A stretch of 63,973 bases of DNA, the filler included, from Circinaria calcarea (lineage: Eukaryota): the NCBI GenBank assembly GCA_051942165.1. It is 3 parts of 3 records of this genome, joined end to end, with 100 filler letters (N's around TTAATTAATTAA, not from the genome) between each part and the next. Parts side by side here need not be neighbours in the genome. Positions count along the whole stretch, not along the records: positions 45,744 to 63,973 come from JAVECS010000240.1; 2 more parts are not named here. One strand, written 5' to 3'. Made by a program: the position numbers and the translations under genes. A model generated the notes under the pieces. It was not told the DNA's origin. It made no database searches and saw only the letters and a list, made by a program, of their open reading frames with translations. Shown one piece after another: positions 46,110 through 60,564 of this stretch (position 1 is the stretch's first letter; each line of letters starts with the position of its first letter).

Positions 46110-46651
46110 AGACGCTATGACAAGCACAAGCTTACTCACAGTCCAACCTCCCAATCACACATCTTGTCCAAGCCTGAAAGAATTCACTTTCGGAACTCGC
46201 CGCCAGAGCATGTCGGTTTAGGATTGTAATAACTGTTCATGATCCCGCAATTACCTTACTGCAATCCTTCGGTTGAGATTCTCTGCTGATTCCCAAATGT
46301 ATCATCATCATCATCCAACGCGCTGATATCGAACTGGATATATAGGTGGAGAGGAACTTGAAACAAGGCTTGATCTCGGCTTCTGTCCGCGATCTACAGT
46401 AGGGTCAATCTCCTTAAATCAAAACTTATTGAGGAGTGGCCTCTGGCATGCTGAGAAGAACCAAGAACTCTACCATCGCTCTCGTTGTTTGGACCGATTT
46501 CGATGGGATGACCTGGCTACGAAAATTGACCGTAGCCATCCGTGGTGGCTCATCAGATCGTGGTGACTCATCAGATAATGGCTCCTGTGATTTCGACTTT
46601 GGAGAGACTCCAAAACCCTCGACCACCGACGACTCGTAACAAGTTCTAGGA

Positions 46652-47770
46652 TTGCCGCCTTCGTACTCGCCGCATGACCTAAAAATGCTAGACACGAAGC
46701 CTATCCTAAGTCGTCAGCAATTTCTCTTCCCGCTGCTGGATGAGAAGCACGATAATATCCAGGTTTCTTTTACTACGCAGGTCCCTAAAGCTGTTCTTCG
46801 ACGGATCACCAGGTATCTCAGTTGGGTCGATCAAACCTGCTTGGCTCGAACGAGTAAATACTTCTACAACGCGCTTCAAAGCCAACGTTGGGATCCGTCA
46901 GGGATGCCTCAAACTCAGGCAGAATACTTGCTTGTGCGATGTCTGTGTCAAAGAGATGACCCGGCCCATCCATCATGCGCTGACTGTCATGATATATTTG
47001 CGAGGGCTGTTGATGCTCTTAGCATAACCTACGCGACTCCAGCTAACGGATGGTCCTTCTTATTGTCAGGCGATCCTTATGCATCGACATTCGGGCGCCG
47101 AATTTTCAGACATTTGCTACCTCAGTGTTTGGCATCACCGAATGGATCGATCCAGCTTACCCGTGGACGTCAAAACTAGGTTCAATCCGACCGGATCGAG
47201 GTTGATGTTCGCCTTCTACATATTGACCGCAAGGCAGTGGTAGTAACTCGGCAGATGATCCCGGAAAAGAACGTATACGATGCAGCAGCTGAGCAATACT
47301 GTGGCCAAACCACGCTGACGCAACTCTTTACCGGCATAGTCGTTCATTTGTGTGTTCATCTAAAGATCACCAATCACAGCATTACCCAACTCTGTGCTTG
47401 TACCCTTGAACATAGGTATGGGATCCCTTGTGTCAAGTGTGACTAACCGCTCTGCTGCACGTGCTGCAAATCAGAAATGGAGAAGTCCAGAGAGATCCTT
47501 CCAGACGGGCGGAAGAGCCTTGTTATCACCACTTGGCGAAATCTAAGTCGACTGGATGACTCACCAGTGGAACGCGCTATATGGAAGGCACAGTGGATGA
47601 AAAACACGACAAGCATGGATTTAATTGCAAGGTCTGCTCTATTGCGGAGCCAACTTCGAGCGGTCGGAGGCCCTCCGGTGGTTCTGGAGGAACGAGGACT
47701 GAAGTTCTTGATATATCTCGGTCTCAAAGTCTCGGTGGATGATCCTAACCGCTGGGCTAACATTCCATAA
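46652..47770 (+). pseudogene. F-box-like protein, fragmented
   Basis: F-box-like TQVPKAVLRRITRYLSWVDQTCLARTSKYFY followed by Cys-rich segments spread over three frames (46652-47179, 47237-47446, 47477-47770). Confidence 0.55.
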
Positions 47771-50129
47771 AACCCGTCTATACCCATGTTATCCTCTTCG
47801 TCCTTGTCCCTGCACTTATACCGTCGACTACTTCTACTTCCCAGAAAGTAATGATTCGTCCGCAGTTATAAATATCTCCGTATCCTTGCAGTTATGACCT
47901 TCACTGCTTAGGTCTTTAAAGGGATATCGACAGACCTCACTAGCCCTCCCTTCATACTACACCCACTCCATCACGTCAACCCCCAACCCCCGATGTCCTC
48001 CTCAATCTCTCATCCACTTCCTGTATCACCTCCTACATAATTTCCTGCCTCCTTCTCCTTTCCGTCCTTCCATTGTTTCCTCGCAAAGGAGTCCCAACCT
48101 CCCCATTCCCCCAATCCCGATAAACAAATCGCAGCTCCATCCCCAGCTCCTAACCTCCTATTCATTAGTAGATCCCCCTTATTCATACAGTTTGGGTAAC
48201 TGGCAACACTGCTGGCGGCTATGAGGCCAGATTACAGCGGAGATGGAAAAACATGGGAATGGGTAATTAGAGGTGACTAACTGGGAAGGGAAGAATAGGG
48301 AGAATAGGAAATCCGAAGCCGCCGCTCGCAGTCGAGGCTGGTACGCAGAAGTCCTTGTGGGTGCTTCGTTCTTACTACAATATAAATCAAGTCTTTTGTT
48401 TCAGGTATCTATACTTTCAAGGCTTCTAATTGATTTGGTGAAGCTATGATTCCTATGTGAGGGGTCTTCCAGTATTGTTTTTTCGTTTCGGCAGCGACTT
48501 TTGTGCACCGGCCTCGATTAGGCCATGATTCGTAGAGGGGTGAACACGGCTGTATGTTACAGTTCTATGCCGGCATGACACTCACGTTTAGTAAAGAGTG
48601 GGAGAGGAGCTGAGCATGCTAGAGCATCGCAAATAGCATGAAAGGCTAGACTACTATGGTATGGGAATAGCTTGTGTGAGTCGGTGACAATGAATGTACG
48701 AGGGGTGCTCCGTTTCCACTACTCGTTGATCGAGCCTTTGGAGCGGGACTTACCGTTCGAGGTCTCTATTCAATTTGACAAGCTATAATTTCTGTGTGAG
48801 GGGCCCTCCAGTATCATACTGTTGTTTTCGGCAATGACTTCTGCTCATCTGCCTCGAAAGCAGTTTCTTACAACACCAAAAGGCCTGTTTGATATTATTT
48901 ACTACGTCATAGAGTTTGCCTCTTCATATCCTGCGAATCCCTCTGGAAGAGAACTTCACCCACTTTGGACCTTGTAGTGAATTCGCGGATCGCATTCACT
49001 AATGAATTCGTCCAGTCATCCTGCAACTCAAGGCCCAGCTCCCTTCTCCCCCCTCTCCAAATTTTTTAGACATCACCCACATCACTTCGAACTACATCTT
49101 CCTTCGCAAGTCCACTTCTTGTATCACATATGTACTTTCTTGTATATAAAAGGATGTGCATGGTCTTCTTTCACCTTCATCTTGTCATATATCCCACGCC
49201 TGCTCCCAAATCGAGGCCTGTCTCAATCCCAATAACACCGATGGCTTTTTATATGTGATCACAACCAATGCCAAGAGTACCTTCCTCGTGGAATATAATC
49301 TGTAAACGTTCTCTTTAGTCGCCCTTACGTTCCATTGTCCAAGGTGCATCAGCTTCTTCATGGTAAATAGTCTAGCAAAGAAGCACAATTATTGCGCTTG
49401 GTTTTTTCGACGAACTTGGACGTTCTAGACGCCCTCCGACACTTCTCGAATCAGCTAGAAATCCAGCAGGATCCTCTTTCAGCCTGGTATCCTGAACGTT
49501 CTACGAAATGGTACATTAAGCTAGGACAAATCCATCCATCGATCAACGCCCCAAAGCAAGCTAGGAGCAACGCCCGCTTTGGATAGCTTTGATGAGTACA
49601 TCACGATCTACGGTTATGGTGCGATTCAGGAATACGAAGTTGGCAAGGCTGAAGCTAACGGACTGAGCACCATCAACTTGTAAGTTCGTTGTTCCAGGCT
49701 TTAGTGACAAATACCACACCGGATTCCTTGAAAAGCCTGACAACTTCATAGTTCGTTTCGAAGTCAATCCGTTGCTATATATATGAGATCACAAAGCGGC
49801 CTTTTTCCAATTGGATTCGTACTCCGCGCAACACTGCATGACTTTTCTATGCAAAGCGGGTATTTCTTGTCATTCTCCTTTCTGAAGGTGACGCTTTCAC
49901 TTAGCAATCCTGCAGTGAATATATTCCTGCTGTATATCCCGCCACTTCTTGCCGTATATAACATATGAAGGAGGCGTTCATCCTCTGGATTGATGGGGAT
50001 TCTGGCTGACATGTATATGTGAAATAATGAAAACATGAATCACCCTGGGCACATCCTCGTCTGCGGTGTTCCCAGCCTTCACCACCCCGCCCCGCGTCAG
50101 TTGACGCTTGCCGAACATCGCTTACGCGC

Positions 50130-50310
50130 CTTACCCTGGCGCCGCGATTATTTCGTCAATAAAATCATTCAACTTTTAGATATGCGTGGACAATACCGGC
50201 AAGCGGTACTTATTGTCGAAAGAGGGGATATGGCGGCGTTGCCGTGTGATCGTTGTGCCAGCACTACTGGCGAAAGGACTTTTGAAGGGTGTTTCTTCGC
50301 GCCGGGGCGT
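50130..50310 (+). pseudogene. DUF3716-like fragment
   Basis: QAVLIVERGDMAALPCDRCASTTGERTFEGCFF resembles the fungal DUF3716 pattern. Confidence 0.5.
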
Positions 50311-50419
50311 AAGGCAATAAAAGTGCTGCGTGAACGGATTATTAGACTGGCCAATGTGTGGAACATTGCTGGCGCCTACACCCCGTATATCTGATGATTG
50401 AAGCTGAAAATCAGCTTCA

Positions 50420-51267
50420 CGGTATTCTGTTTAGCAACAGAATACCAATGGATTTGTAAAGCAGCTTGCTCTTTCGTTTTTCTACCGATGGAAGCTATTG
50501 GGCCATCTATCGGCCATATATATTTACGGTACAATATCGAATGGTCGATATTATCGCCAACATCGTCTCGAAGATTTTCTACGCCGGTCAAATTGAAAAT
50601 GGCACTGGTACTGATGTTGCATCTCGCCCGAGATCACAGGGAATCTGCAAATACTTCAGAATAGGGTATAAAGCTGACATTCCCACTCTGCTGCTCAAGC
50701 TCGACGGTACGGCTGTAAGAGGTAGTACCCGCTTTTTGTACAATTTCGACAGCGCTTCCGTCGTCCTCAATATGATCGACGATATGCTTGCCAAGCATAT
50801 TGTACGAGCTGAACATATGGTTGTCCTCACGTTCTACAAGGCACAGTATAAGCTCTACTGATAAGCTTTGAGAAATATTCCTCTTGCTAATCCCAACGCT
50901 GGAGATATTTGTGTCATGTACAACACGGCACCAGAGGATATACAGATTCGTACTGTGGAGTCCATGCAAGGCAGTCAAGCTGTGTTCATCTTTCTCAATT
51001 CTGTCACTGATGGTAAACTCGGGTTTATACGCAACCGCAATCGCAACCCGCGTCATAGGGTCAATGTCTCAAGCAATGGACGGCATGGTCATCGTTGCAG
51101 ATTTTAACTATATCATGGAACAGCCAAGAGGTCAGCGCAAACGGATCTCTATCGTTTTCAATGAGTTCAAAAGCCTCGGATTCGAACGCAAAACCAAGGA
51201 TACAGCTCGCAGCCAATATCTCCCTTGTTTATTTTTGCGTCAAGGCCTTGGCGAAGTCGAACAATAG
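50420..51267 (+). pseudogene. UPF1/DNA2-NAM7-like SF1 helicase C-terminal (AAA_12) remnant
   Basis: FTVQYRM..IANIVSKIFYAGQIENG, VVLTFYKAQ, IRTVESMQGSQ, LGFI..RVNVS; internal stop at ~50859 and frameshifts. Confidence 0.75.
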
Positions 51268-52544
51268 CAAGATGATCAATCAGACGGTGAAGAACAACAA
51301 TATGGTAGTGCCTAGGACCAAGGTTAGTCTTTCTCACAGGCAGTGACAGCTTCTACCGCCATGCGGCCAAGAACCGAGATCCCCATGACAAGAGTCGCTC
51401 GACTGCTTCTTTGCCGCCTGTGTCTAGCACACTTGCTCGACTGCAAGTCAAAAGGGAGAAGAAAAAGGCCGGGAAAGATCCCCATCTCCAGATGATGGCA
51501 CCAGCTGTTCATGCTGGCAGCGAACATTCTAGTACTTCAACAACCCCAATGGTAGCGCGTCATCCAGGCTCCGAACAAACTGGGAGCGGACCATTTCCAA
51601 ATGGCGGCGAAGCTCTCGAATCTGGAGGACCGCACTGCAGTCATTAAGAAACTCGTCCAAGCGGTACAGGTTAATGTTTCACGGCGGCAATTTCCCTGAG
51701 GAACCACTCGCGTCTCCTGCTTCAAGAAGACAACTCGATGGATAAACACATTGAGCAGATGGCCGACAATGAATTTTTCTGGTGCCTGATGGAATGGTTG
51801 AAGAAGTAGTTTGGAGAAAAAGGTTAGAAGAGTGATGCTCAAGCTTTGACGGAGCTCGATGCGAGGAATAGACTTCAGTTGATCGAGAAACCATGGGCCA
51901 GATCTCTATCATGCTTGGGGATTCGACTTATTTTACGTCCAGCGGAACTCCTACTTCCTATGGCGAAGTCCCCTCTACAAACTCTGTCGAAATCCCCTCT
52001 ACGAACTCTGTCGAAAATGCTGCTACGATCTCTGGCGAAGAAGATGCTGCGACCTCGAACGAAGAACATTCAGAGGAAATAGCATGGGAAGATCGCGCCG
52101 CTGAGTCTTGGTAGAACAGAAGCTTGTGCCATGAAGTTAGCCAAACCACAACGGTGGTCGGGAAGATCTCCGTTGGTGTCAGACCTGATGAATATTATCG
52201 TCAAAGCCTACAACCAGCTATAAGGATCCGTTCATTCGTGGTTGAAAGCGGGCATGACTAAATTAGTCAATATGATGGGGGTCTTGGTATCTTTTATATA
52301 GCGAGTCAAGGAAGTTGGGCGGGTGGGTCGATTGGGGGATTGAAAGTATATGTATATAGTCTAAGCTGCTGCTTTCAAGTGCCAGATGCTAAAAACTACC
52401 GTGTGTTTCATGCTGTGATTCGATAGAGTGAACGGAGCGCAGATTGTGACTTTCGGCATCGGAAAAGTTGCAAAGCAAACCTTGAAACACCCATTAAGTG
52501 TAGGTGCCTTTTCTCTACGCAGATATTATCCTAGTAGCCCGTAC

Positions 52545-54626
52545 TCAATCCGCCCGTTTCCGAAACCAAACCCTCGTGCTCTGATATGGCATTCGGAACG
52601 TCTCCCAGGAGAAATGCCGGCGCGCCTGGCCATCCTCCAGGCGAAAGTCAAAGTTCCATAACAGATGAGCGAGCGCCATCTTCATCATCAGGGAGGCATG
52701 GAATCGGCCTGGACTATAGAGCTCTTTCTATTAGCGGCTGCACATCTGGGGATGCAGGCTTTCAGGCATCAGAGACGTTCCGAGTGAACGGGGGCTTACC
52801 ACGCCAAGGAACCGTAACCCCACACTGGGAAATGCGCCGAGACGTCGGTGAATTTACTTCTTTTGGTGCCAAGGGTAGCTTTGGAGGAGGCAAAGCGCCG
52901 TCCATCGAAAATGGAGGCATCAGGGTGATGGGCTTCGTCGTGCATCAGATCGTATGATGAAACACAAGCCATTTTGCCGACGGGAACGTGGGGCCCTCCG
53001 CCGGAAAAGGTAAAGGGCTTTAAAGCTTTTCTGCGAATCGCGACTAAAGACCAACTTAGCTGTTGAGCCATGATGGTCGCTTATATGGTTTGGGTCCAAC
53101 GAGGCTTACGGGTATCTAGAGGATTGACTCGAACGGTTTCTTTAATGAAACTATCCAAGAACGGTAGCTTCTCGAGGTTGGTATAGTTTAGGTTCGTTGG
53201 ATCCCCGACTTCGGTGCGTAGAATCTCGATGTATTCGGGACGGGTGCATAGCTCGAGCAGAACAAAATCAAGGTTCTGTCCATGATTTTAGTAGCTATGA
53301 GCAATGATAGAATGACTGGTCCGTACCATCCATGGCTGATGAGCAGCAGCAAACCATACACCAAGAAGGGCCTGTGCAAGGACTTTGGGTGTCCAATAAT
53401 TACTTCCCTTGGATAACTCTGTCATGCTATAAGCAATGGTATGCTTCATCTGAATCAGCGAGATCTATTCGTATATTCATATGGATTGGTAACTTGCCTG
53501 CTTCAAATCATCTGACTCGTCCCATTTACTTTGGTCCGGAACCATTATAGATATCAAACGTTTAAGTAAAACATTCATTGCCTGACCACGTCTAGTAATG
53601 ATGGCATGCACAAGCCTATCAGTGTCAATAATGAGACTAACGTAGTCTACAGAGGCATAAACACACGGTGCAACAAAATTAGGGGTAACCTGAAATGCGG
53701 CCATGGAAGATACCATGTTTGCCGGATAGCGAAGCAGTGCCGAGGAGAATGTAGGGTCGCTTGCTTATCAGGGATTAGATACGTATCTACAGGTGGAAGT
53801 CTGCATCCAAGTGTTGGCGAGATTACTTACAGATATGTTCTCCGAAGAAGGCTAGGCCCATCATGCTCGACATTACTTTTCGTATGGTTGGCGCGAGGCG
53901 AACAGACGTCCAATCTGTTTTACAGAGGGTTTAGCATGGGTCCGCCCTTTGGCTCGACGAACTTACTACCATGGGCCCTTCCCAACCCTAATTCAGACGA
54001 GAAGGACTGTTCAAGTCTTGCCAGTAGAAAAGGGTAAAGAGCCGAGAGTTGGGATGGCCCATTGACTTGGAGAACCCGTCCAAAAAGTCGAGGTTTGGCT
54101 ACGTTTTGTTCGTTGTGATCAAACTTGTTCATTGTATATTTGAAGCCGAACATCTGCTCATATATTAGCATAGGAAGAAAACCTCAACGGCTTAACCTAA
54201 CATCAGCATAGATGGCACGCTGCGACAGCTCTGGGGCCTCGCTCAATTCCGCAATGTGTTTTTTGCTAGAGACTACCACTAATCCCTTTATAGATCTCCA
54301 TGGTCGATAATACTTCCCCGAGCGCTGATGAAAGTTAGGATTACACCAAATCAATTAATCGGTCTCAAACTCACAAAATCCTGACTAACTGTAGCGAAAG
54401 TATCGAGAAGGGTGTATAGCTGATTCGTGCAGCTGATGATACCGGATATAAGGCTTTTTGTAAGAGTTATGATGTCCTATGTCGCGAAGTTAGATACTAT
54501 CAATCTCCACGAGTGACGGGAAGTACGAACAGGAAGTATCAGCACATAGAACTCAAATAACAAAGCAGATAGAAGCATGCCTCCAAACACTGGGTACAAA
54601 ATGACATCTGAAACGCTGTCCATCAT
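52545..54626 (-). CDS. Multi-exon cytochrome P450 (intactness not confirmed)
   Basis: Hydrophobic N-terminus, GVWFAAAHQP (I-helix), LDSFIKETVR (ExxR), FDGRRF, WGYGSLAC|PGRFHAS heme motif split by an intron. Confidence 0.8.
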
Positions 54627-56108
54627 AGCGAAAAGGCATGAGAAAGCTAAGGTCCTTCTCCGTGTTTGCAGAAAGCAATGCAGAAAGCCAGATAGAACAA
54701 ATAGTTACATTTTAAAACAGGGAAACGCTCCTGGTAGGTAGAGCTATGCTTTAACCATAAAAAGGGCTACACTCCATAAAGCGTTCGAGACCGCGGCAAA
54801 GCTTTTACTCTTCGGCCACAACATTGCAGTCGGAGAAGTGTGCAGCTGACGAGTTATGAGCCTGATCTTCATGAAAGCGATAAGCTCCCGTGGATCGGGT
54901 CCCGCAAATTATGAGAAAATTACTTCGCCTCTAAAATACAATGTCATACAACATATGGCGTGGATGCGCGCTGGTAACAGATCTTATGTATCGCACCCTA
55001 AATATTCAGTGTGAGATAAGGGTTATCCCCAATTATCCACAAGATTTACTCACCTACCACCCTGTATGTACTCTGTACTCTAACGCTAGCCTTCTGCCCA
55101 CCCCCTGTGTTGTCCACCAGGCAATGTATCGGGCTTAGTTGTTTGCCTCATTCCGGCTCGTTTCGATCGACTTGAGTATGCCACCTCAGGCGAGCAAGAT
55201 GTGGCATTGCAGATACGTTGCATATGGTCCAATCTTTGATATCCGGTTCATTGCTCTGCATATACGAGTTTAACTACTATGCACAGCACAAGCTAAGGTA
55301 GGTTTGGTTGCTCGCTGGAGCAAAATCTCTCGCTGCACGTGCTTGGGTCCTGAATTTCATGGAGGTCTAGATATCGCTATGCATCGGCACCGCCGCCCGT
55401 ATGCAAAAATTTGAAACACAAAGGCTCTCAATTACCTCATGTCATCAATCTAACGGCCTTCTGGTTACAAGCTCAGCAGTGAAATTGTAAACTACACACT
55501 TTTCAAAGCCAGTGGCCGAGGTAAGACTAAAGGGTAAGTGGAAGCAAAAAACGCCCTGAGCGTTCCCTAGTGAACAGCAAGGTTGCAACCTTTCCAGACT
55601 TGTTGGTTGTTGCATCGCCCTTTCGATCCTGGGCCTTGTTGGTTGATCGCATCGATAACAAATTTTATTTCCTTACTATATTCTCCTCGCCGCAGCCTGT
55701 AGCTGCGATTTCTTTCTCATGGTACCCTCTACGCTGCATTGGCCAATCACATTGTGGATAGTAGCGCTCAACGAACACCCCCAAGGTACGATCAGCACGA
55801 GCCTTTCTGCATCACGTAAACAAGCCCGGTGGGGATACTGCAACTCATTATTACATACCATTAGCACTAGGGAACCTTCTCATGCTACGCCGATAGTTAG
55901 AGAGATACATCGGGCACACAGCTACTTTTACTTGTTTGGAACATTACGAGATTAAGCCAGATCTACCATCTCGTCCTCTATTCTTTCTCCTTTTCCCGTC
56001 AATTGCACGAGCCTTCTTCGGTCTCAGCGTATTCCAAGCTATTTACCACCTTACCCTCCCTTTCCTCCTTATTACGATCACAAGTCAGATTACCCTGATC
56101 TAAGTAAT

Positions 56109-57652
56109 ATGTCTTCTATTCCTCCATCACAGCTGGAGCTCCCGGCATCGCGACCACCTCCTGGCATAACCGCTAACATGGGCAATCCCAGCTCGAAAGG
56201 GCATGTCTTGGTTATTGTATCATCAATCTCGTTCGCGATTATGATGATTTTTGTTTGCAACAGAATATATACGAAAAGCTTCATATCACGAAAGCTTACT
56301 TGGGATGATGGTGAGTTTTTATGGGCGCTGCTTATTAGATACTTATAGTAATATAGGGACCTGTCTACTTGCTACAGTATGTTAAGCATATTAGAAATAA
56401 TCTCAGATTTTGAAACTCGTCTAGCTTTTCACAACTGCTTATTATATTCTACTCATGATTGGTAAGTTTTAACTCTGTGGCTTATTTGAAGGGGTCTGGA
56501 ATTCCCGATATTTCGATATTAACATACCTTAGGTGCATATCGTTTCCATATTGGGGTTCATCTCTGGGACCTCACATTAGGGCAATTTCTAGACACGGAG
56601 CTTATTATTGTAAGTACTTTATATATTGCGGGTTCTGTTATCGCAAAATACTAGCTAAATGCTTATGGTCTAGACGAATTGTTTACTCTCGATTTTCCAG
56701 TGCCTAGGATTAGGGTTCATCAAAATCACTTTTTTTATTTTCTATCTCCAAATCTTTAGGCCTATAAAGAGCCTTAGACTAGCTATTTGGCTTGGTGGTG
56801 TGTTTACTGTACTGGTCTACCTTGGCTTTACTATTGCGTGGATTCCGCTTAGCACGCCTGAACCTGGAACCAGTTGGCAATCACACTTTCTCGGTCCCGT
56901 GCAGGCGAAAGCTTCCGCCTTGGATTTCCCATTACCGGTAGCCGGCTTGGTAACTGACTTATACATATTGATACTCCCTCTCATAGGTATATACGATCTT
57001 AAACTCTCAGTGCGCCGCAAGATTGGGGTGGCCATGGTTTTTGCAACCGCAATAGTGTTGGTCCTCCCTTTTTGCATTTAATATACAGATTATGTTTCTA
57101 ACTAGAGTATCTAGAGCGGTGGTGGCGTCTATTCTCCGAATTGTATATACCTTTCCTATCGAACACGATCCGTTCAGCGACCTTACGTACAATCTCATGC
57201 CCATTTACCTTACCATGTCAGTCAATCCTGGTTACCCTTAACCTTCCCACTTCTGAACACATCCCAGTGTCGTTGAAATGACCCTCGGTGTCTCCATTGC
57301 CTGTATGCCCACCTTCTCTCAGATGCTTCATCACACCTTTCCCCCACACAAAACGTTTCGATCCCGCGGGACTTTTGACCTTGGCTTTCGATCGTACCCG
57401 AAAGGCTCCTCAGGCGCTCGGCTCGGCTACAGGAATGAGCTCCCTAACCCAGGTAGCACGTACGCTGGCCATTCTGGCACTTTCCTTGAGGCCAAAGACC
57501 AGGACCCCCCGGCGTGTTTGGAGCATGAAGTCGGGCACGTAATGCCGGTGCAAACTTACATTAGTGGCCGATCCAATTACGACGTTGATGAATATGGCGT
57601 GCATCTCCAGTACGAGCTGCGGCAGGAATCGCATGAGAGTGCCAGTACTTGA
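56109..57652 (+). CDS. PTH11-like / fungal rhodopsin-domain integral membrane protein (multi-exon)
   Basis: PPPGITANMGNP, RIYTKSFISRKLTWDD, TDLYILILPL..IYDLKLSVRRKIGV..VFAT, VEMTLGVSIACMP. Confidence 0.85.
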
Positions 57653-58295
57653 GGGACAACGGCGGGAAAAGGCTCGGTGGTGGGAGGGAAATCGTCGGAG
57701 CTGATCTAGCTTAAAAGGGTTTGCCTAATAATTCCACAGCGAGCACAATATCGAGATTGTAGATTGCTTACGCTTTGCTGCTTTTTCCCCTTACAAAATC
57801 CAGATTGCACATGAGAGTTGGGAGCAAATCTCCAGAGGCTCGGGAAAATGAAAATCTCGCTTATTTCCACGAATAGACGTGTAAATTCTCACTCTTTTTC
57901 CAACTCCCGTGAAGAAAACTGCTATTGGATTCGGGTGGAGATGACTAGTATTTCCTATAGAAATTCCCCAAACATTCCGGGGGATCGTCTAATTAATTAT
58001 ACAATATTGAGGAGAGAGCTACCTAGATGGAGATGTTATGGAATGCTGTGCAAAAATATTTCCATCGACCGCGCCAGCTCGCGGAGATTGCTGCTTATGG
58101 AGATGATAGGGCCGCACCACGTAGTAGACGGAATAAAAAGATTGCTATATACTTTATGGATTTCGGCCTCATCATAGCTGGCGAGGTTTACAACGATCAT
58201 AGGTCACTTTATTTACGACGAGACAGTCGGAGATGAGGTAATGGAATTCGTTGCTAAGTCGTCCCAACATCCCGAATGCTGTTTCGCCGAAGCGG

Positions 58296-59940
58296 TTAGC
58301 CCGATTCTAGTACCCATGATACTCCTGCCTCGCCGTTTCGAAAATCCCACTTCCCATCCCAACCCTCTCTCTGCCGAAACACGACCTCTACATCCGCTGC
58401 TGGCGGTGGTATTGATCCGAAGAGGCTCAGTTTTGGGTTCGGTATTGCCCACGTCCCACCCATGGGCAAGATCTCAAACCGCATAATCAACATTGCCACG
58501 GTTGCCAGCACCTCCGTCGTCGCAAACTGGCGCCCGGGGCAAATAAACGGCGCACCGCCAAAGGAGCGGAACGCCAGTGGGTGTTTTTTCTTCTTCCTAT
58601 CCTTGGATGAATCCACGAAGCGATATGGATCCATACGAGCGGAATCGTGGCCCCAATAATCCGTGTGGGCGTGAATGATGTCGCCGGGAATCTGCAAAAG
58701 GGAACCTGCCTTCAGGAGGTAAGTCTTGGTGCCGTCGGTGATGGAGGTATCCGACTCAACAAAGCGGGAAACAGAAAAGGAAGTGCGCGTGCGGAGGATC
58801 TCGTGATAGACGGAGAGGAGAAGAGGGCATTTCCGCTTGAGGAGACCCATGTCGATGTTATGCATGGGGGATGAGGCGTTAGGTGATGGAAAGCTCTCAG
58901 TGGTGTGGGCAAGCTCGCTGCGGATAGAGAACAGAAGTGTGGGATCCGACAAGATCCGGCTGAGGGTCCAGAAGGTGGTTGGGATGGTGTTGTTCAAAAC
59001 GCCGATGATAAAAGGCACTTCAATTAAAGCGATCTCTTCTTCGCCCAGGCCGTAGCTAGCTGCGGATTGCCATTTGAAGTACGCGAGCGCGGAAGCGCGT
59101 TTCTGGCTTCCGTTTCGGTAGTATTGCGTAAACGCTTTTGCGACAACATCTCTCGCCGCGAGACCTTTCTTGACAGCGATTTTCGGTAAGAAATCGTTCA
59201 GCAAGACACTGACGTTCTCTTCAAAAGTCCTATCAGATGGTTAGAAGGCTCTAGGCTTTCCCGCGCGACCAACTTACCAGAAAGCACTCTCAACTGCCAA
59301 GTCGTCGAATGGATTATCTGCACCGTAAATCGCTTTGGTAGTACTCTGTGTAATTAGATGTCTGAGCCAAGCGTGTAACTTGCAGTGCCCACTGCCACTC
59401 AGCATAACCTCGTCGGTCATGCTCTTCAAACACTCCAGCATAGGCACATTCAGGGCGTCAACATCCGCTTGACGCAAGGTTGCCTCAACGCCCGTGATGG
59501 TGTCTTCTGCCAATCCAGTTCTCCCTTGGTGCTTGGTGAAAAGCTTGACTTGCTCTGGGGGAAGGCCTGATACCTTCTCTGCCGTCATAGTCAGGAATGG
59601 GAGAAAACTGAAAGCTTTGGACTTTTTCTGAATTGAGCTGACAAGGTCCAGCGAGGTAACGACATAGAATTTCTTATTGAGAAGTCCGGCAGTGAATATG
59701 GGCAATTTATGCTTATAACTGTACTCCTATCAGCGTATGTGGCGATACAGCACTTGAGGCAGCAGACTTGACTTGTACCCAGTAATTGGCTCCATAGCGC
59801 AGTATACCGATGGCATGACCAATATAAGGTATTTTAGCCGCAACAAACGGAGGCTCGCGTGGATCGATCTGAATTGCGAGAAGATTATAGATGATGTAAC
59901 CTAAGATGCTGAATAGCAACACCAGCAGTATAGGTTCCAT
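58296..59940 (-). CDS. Cytochrome P450 (CYP7/prostacyclin-synthase-like group), 3 exons
   Basis: DPREPPFVAAKIPYIGH, NTIPTTFW, SVYHEILR, DPYRF, FGGAPFICPGRQFA. Confidence 0.9.
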
Positions 59941-60564
59941 TATCGTAGAATGAGTAAATAGCTACAAAGTGGAAGAGTCGAAAAGCTGAGGCACCCCCCT
60001 AATACAGAGATCTAGGTAAGATACCGTGTACACGGAGTAATATAGAAAGTTTCACGGTATCAGTACTAAGACCTAAGTAATAGAATCTGCATGCACCCAG
60101 CCGCATTCCATAGCTGCAGCCGAGTAATCACGTTATCGCCTACCTGCAGATTAGATTTGAGAAGGTGGGTGGTCAGCGAATATTTACATGGACTAGGACC
60201 ACTTGCGTATGCGCGAATGTTTGAAATCTATAAACAAATCTGCTTCTCATATTATGCATGTATGCCGCAGAGATATCAATTACATTAGCGTATTCTAATG
60301 TTATCATTGCAGCCCTTACACAATCGCCCATGCCATTTTAGAGTTTCGGGAGAACGATGCTTAAACCTGTTGATAGGTTCTATGCCGCAATTGGCACTGT
60401 CCTCTGGATCTGAAATGAGAGAAAGAGCGAGCCGAGTTCCAATTCCGCTATTCTGCTAAAATTCATCAGTGACTGGAAGAGCAGTAGGATATGTATAATA
60501 TGGTAGATTGAACTGTCGCAATACAAGGCAAATCTTCAGATCGCGTTTCCTGGAAAGCGCGTCC

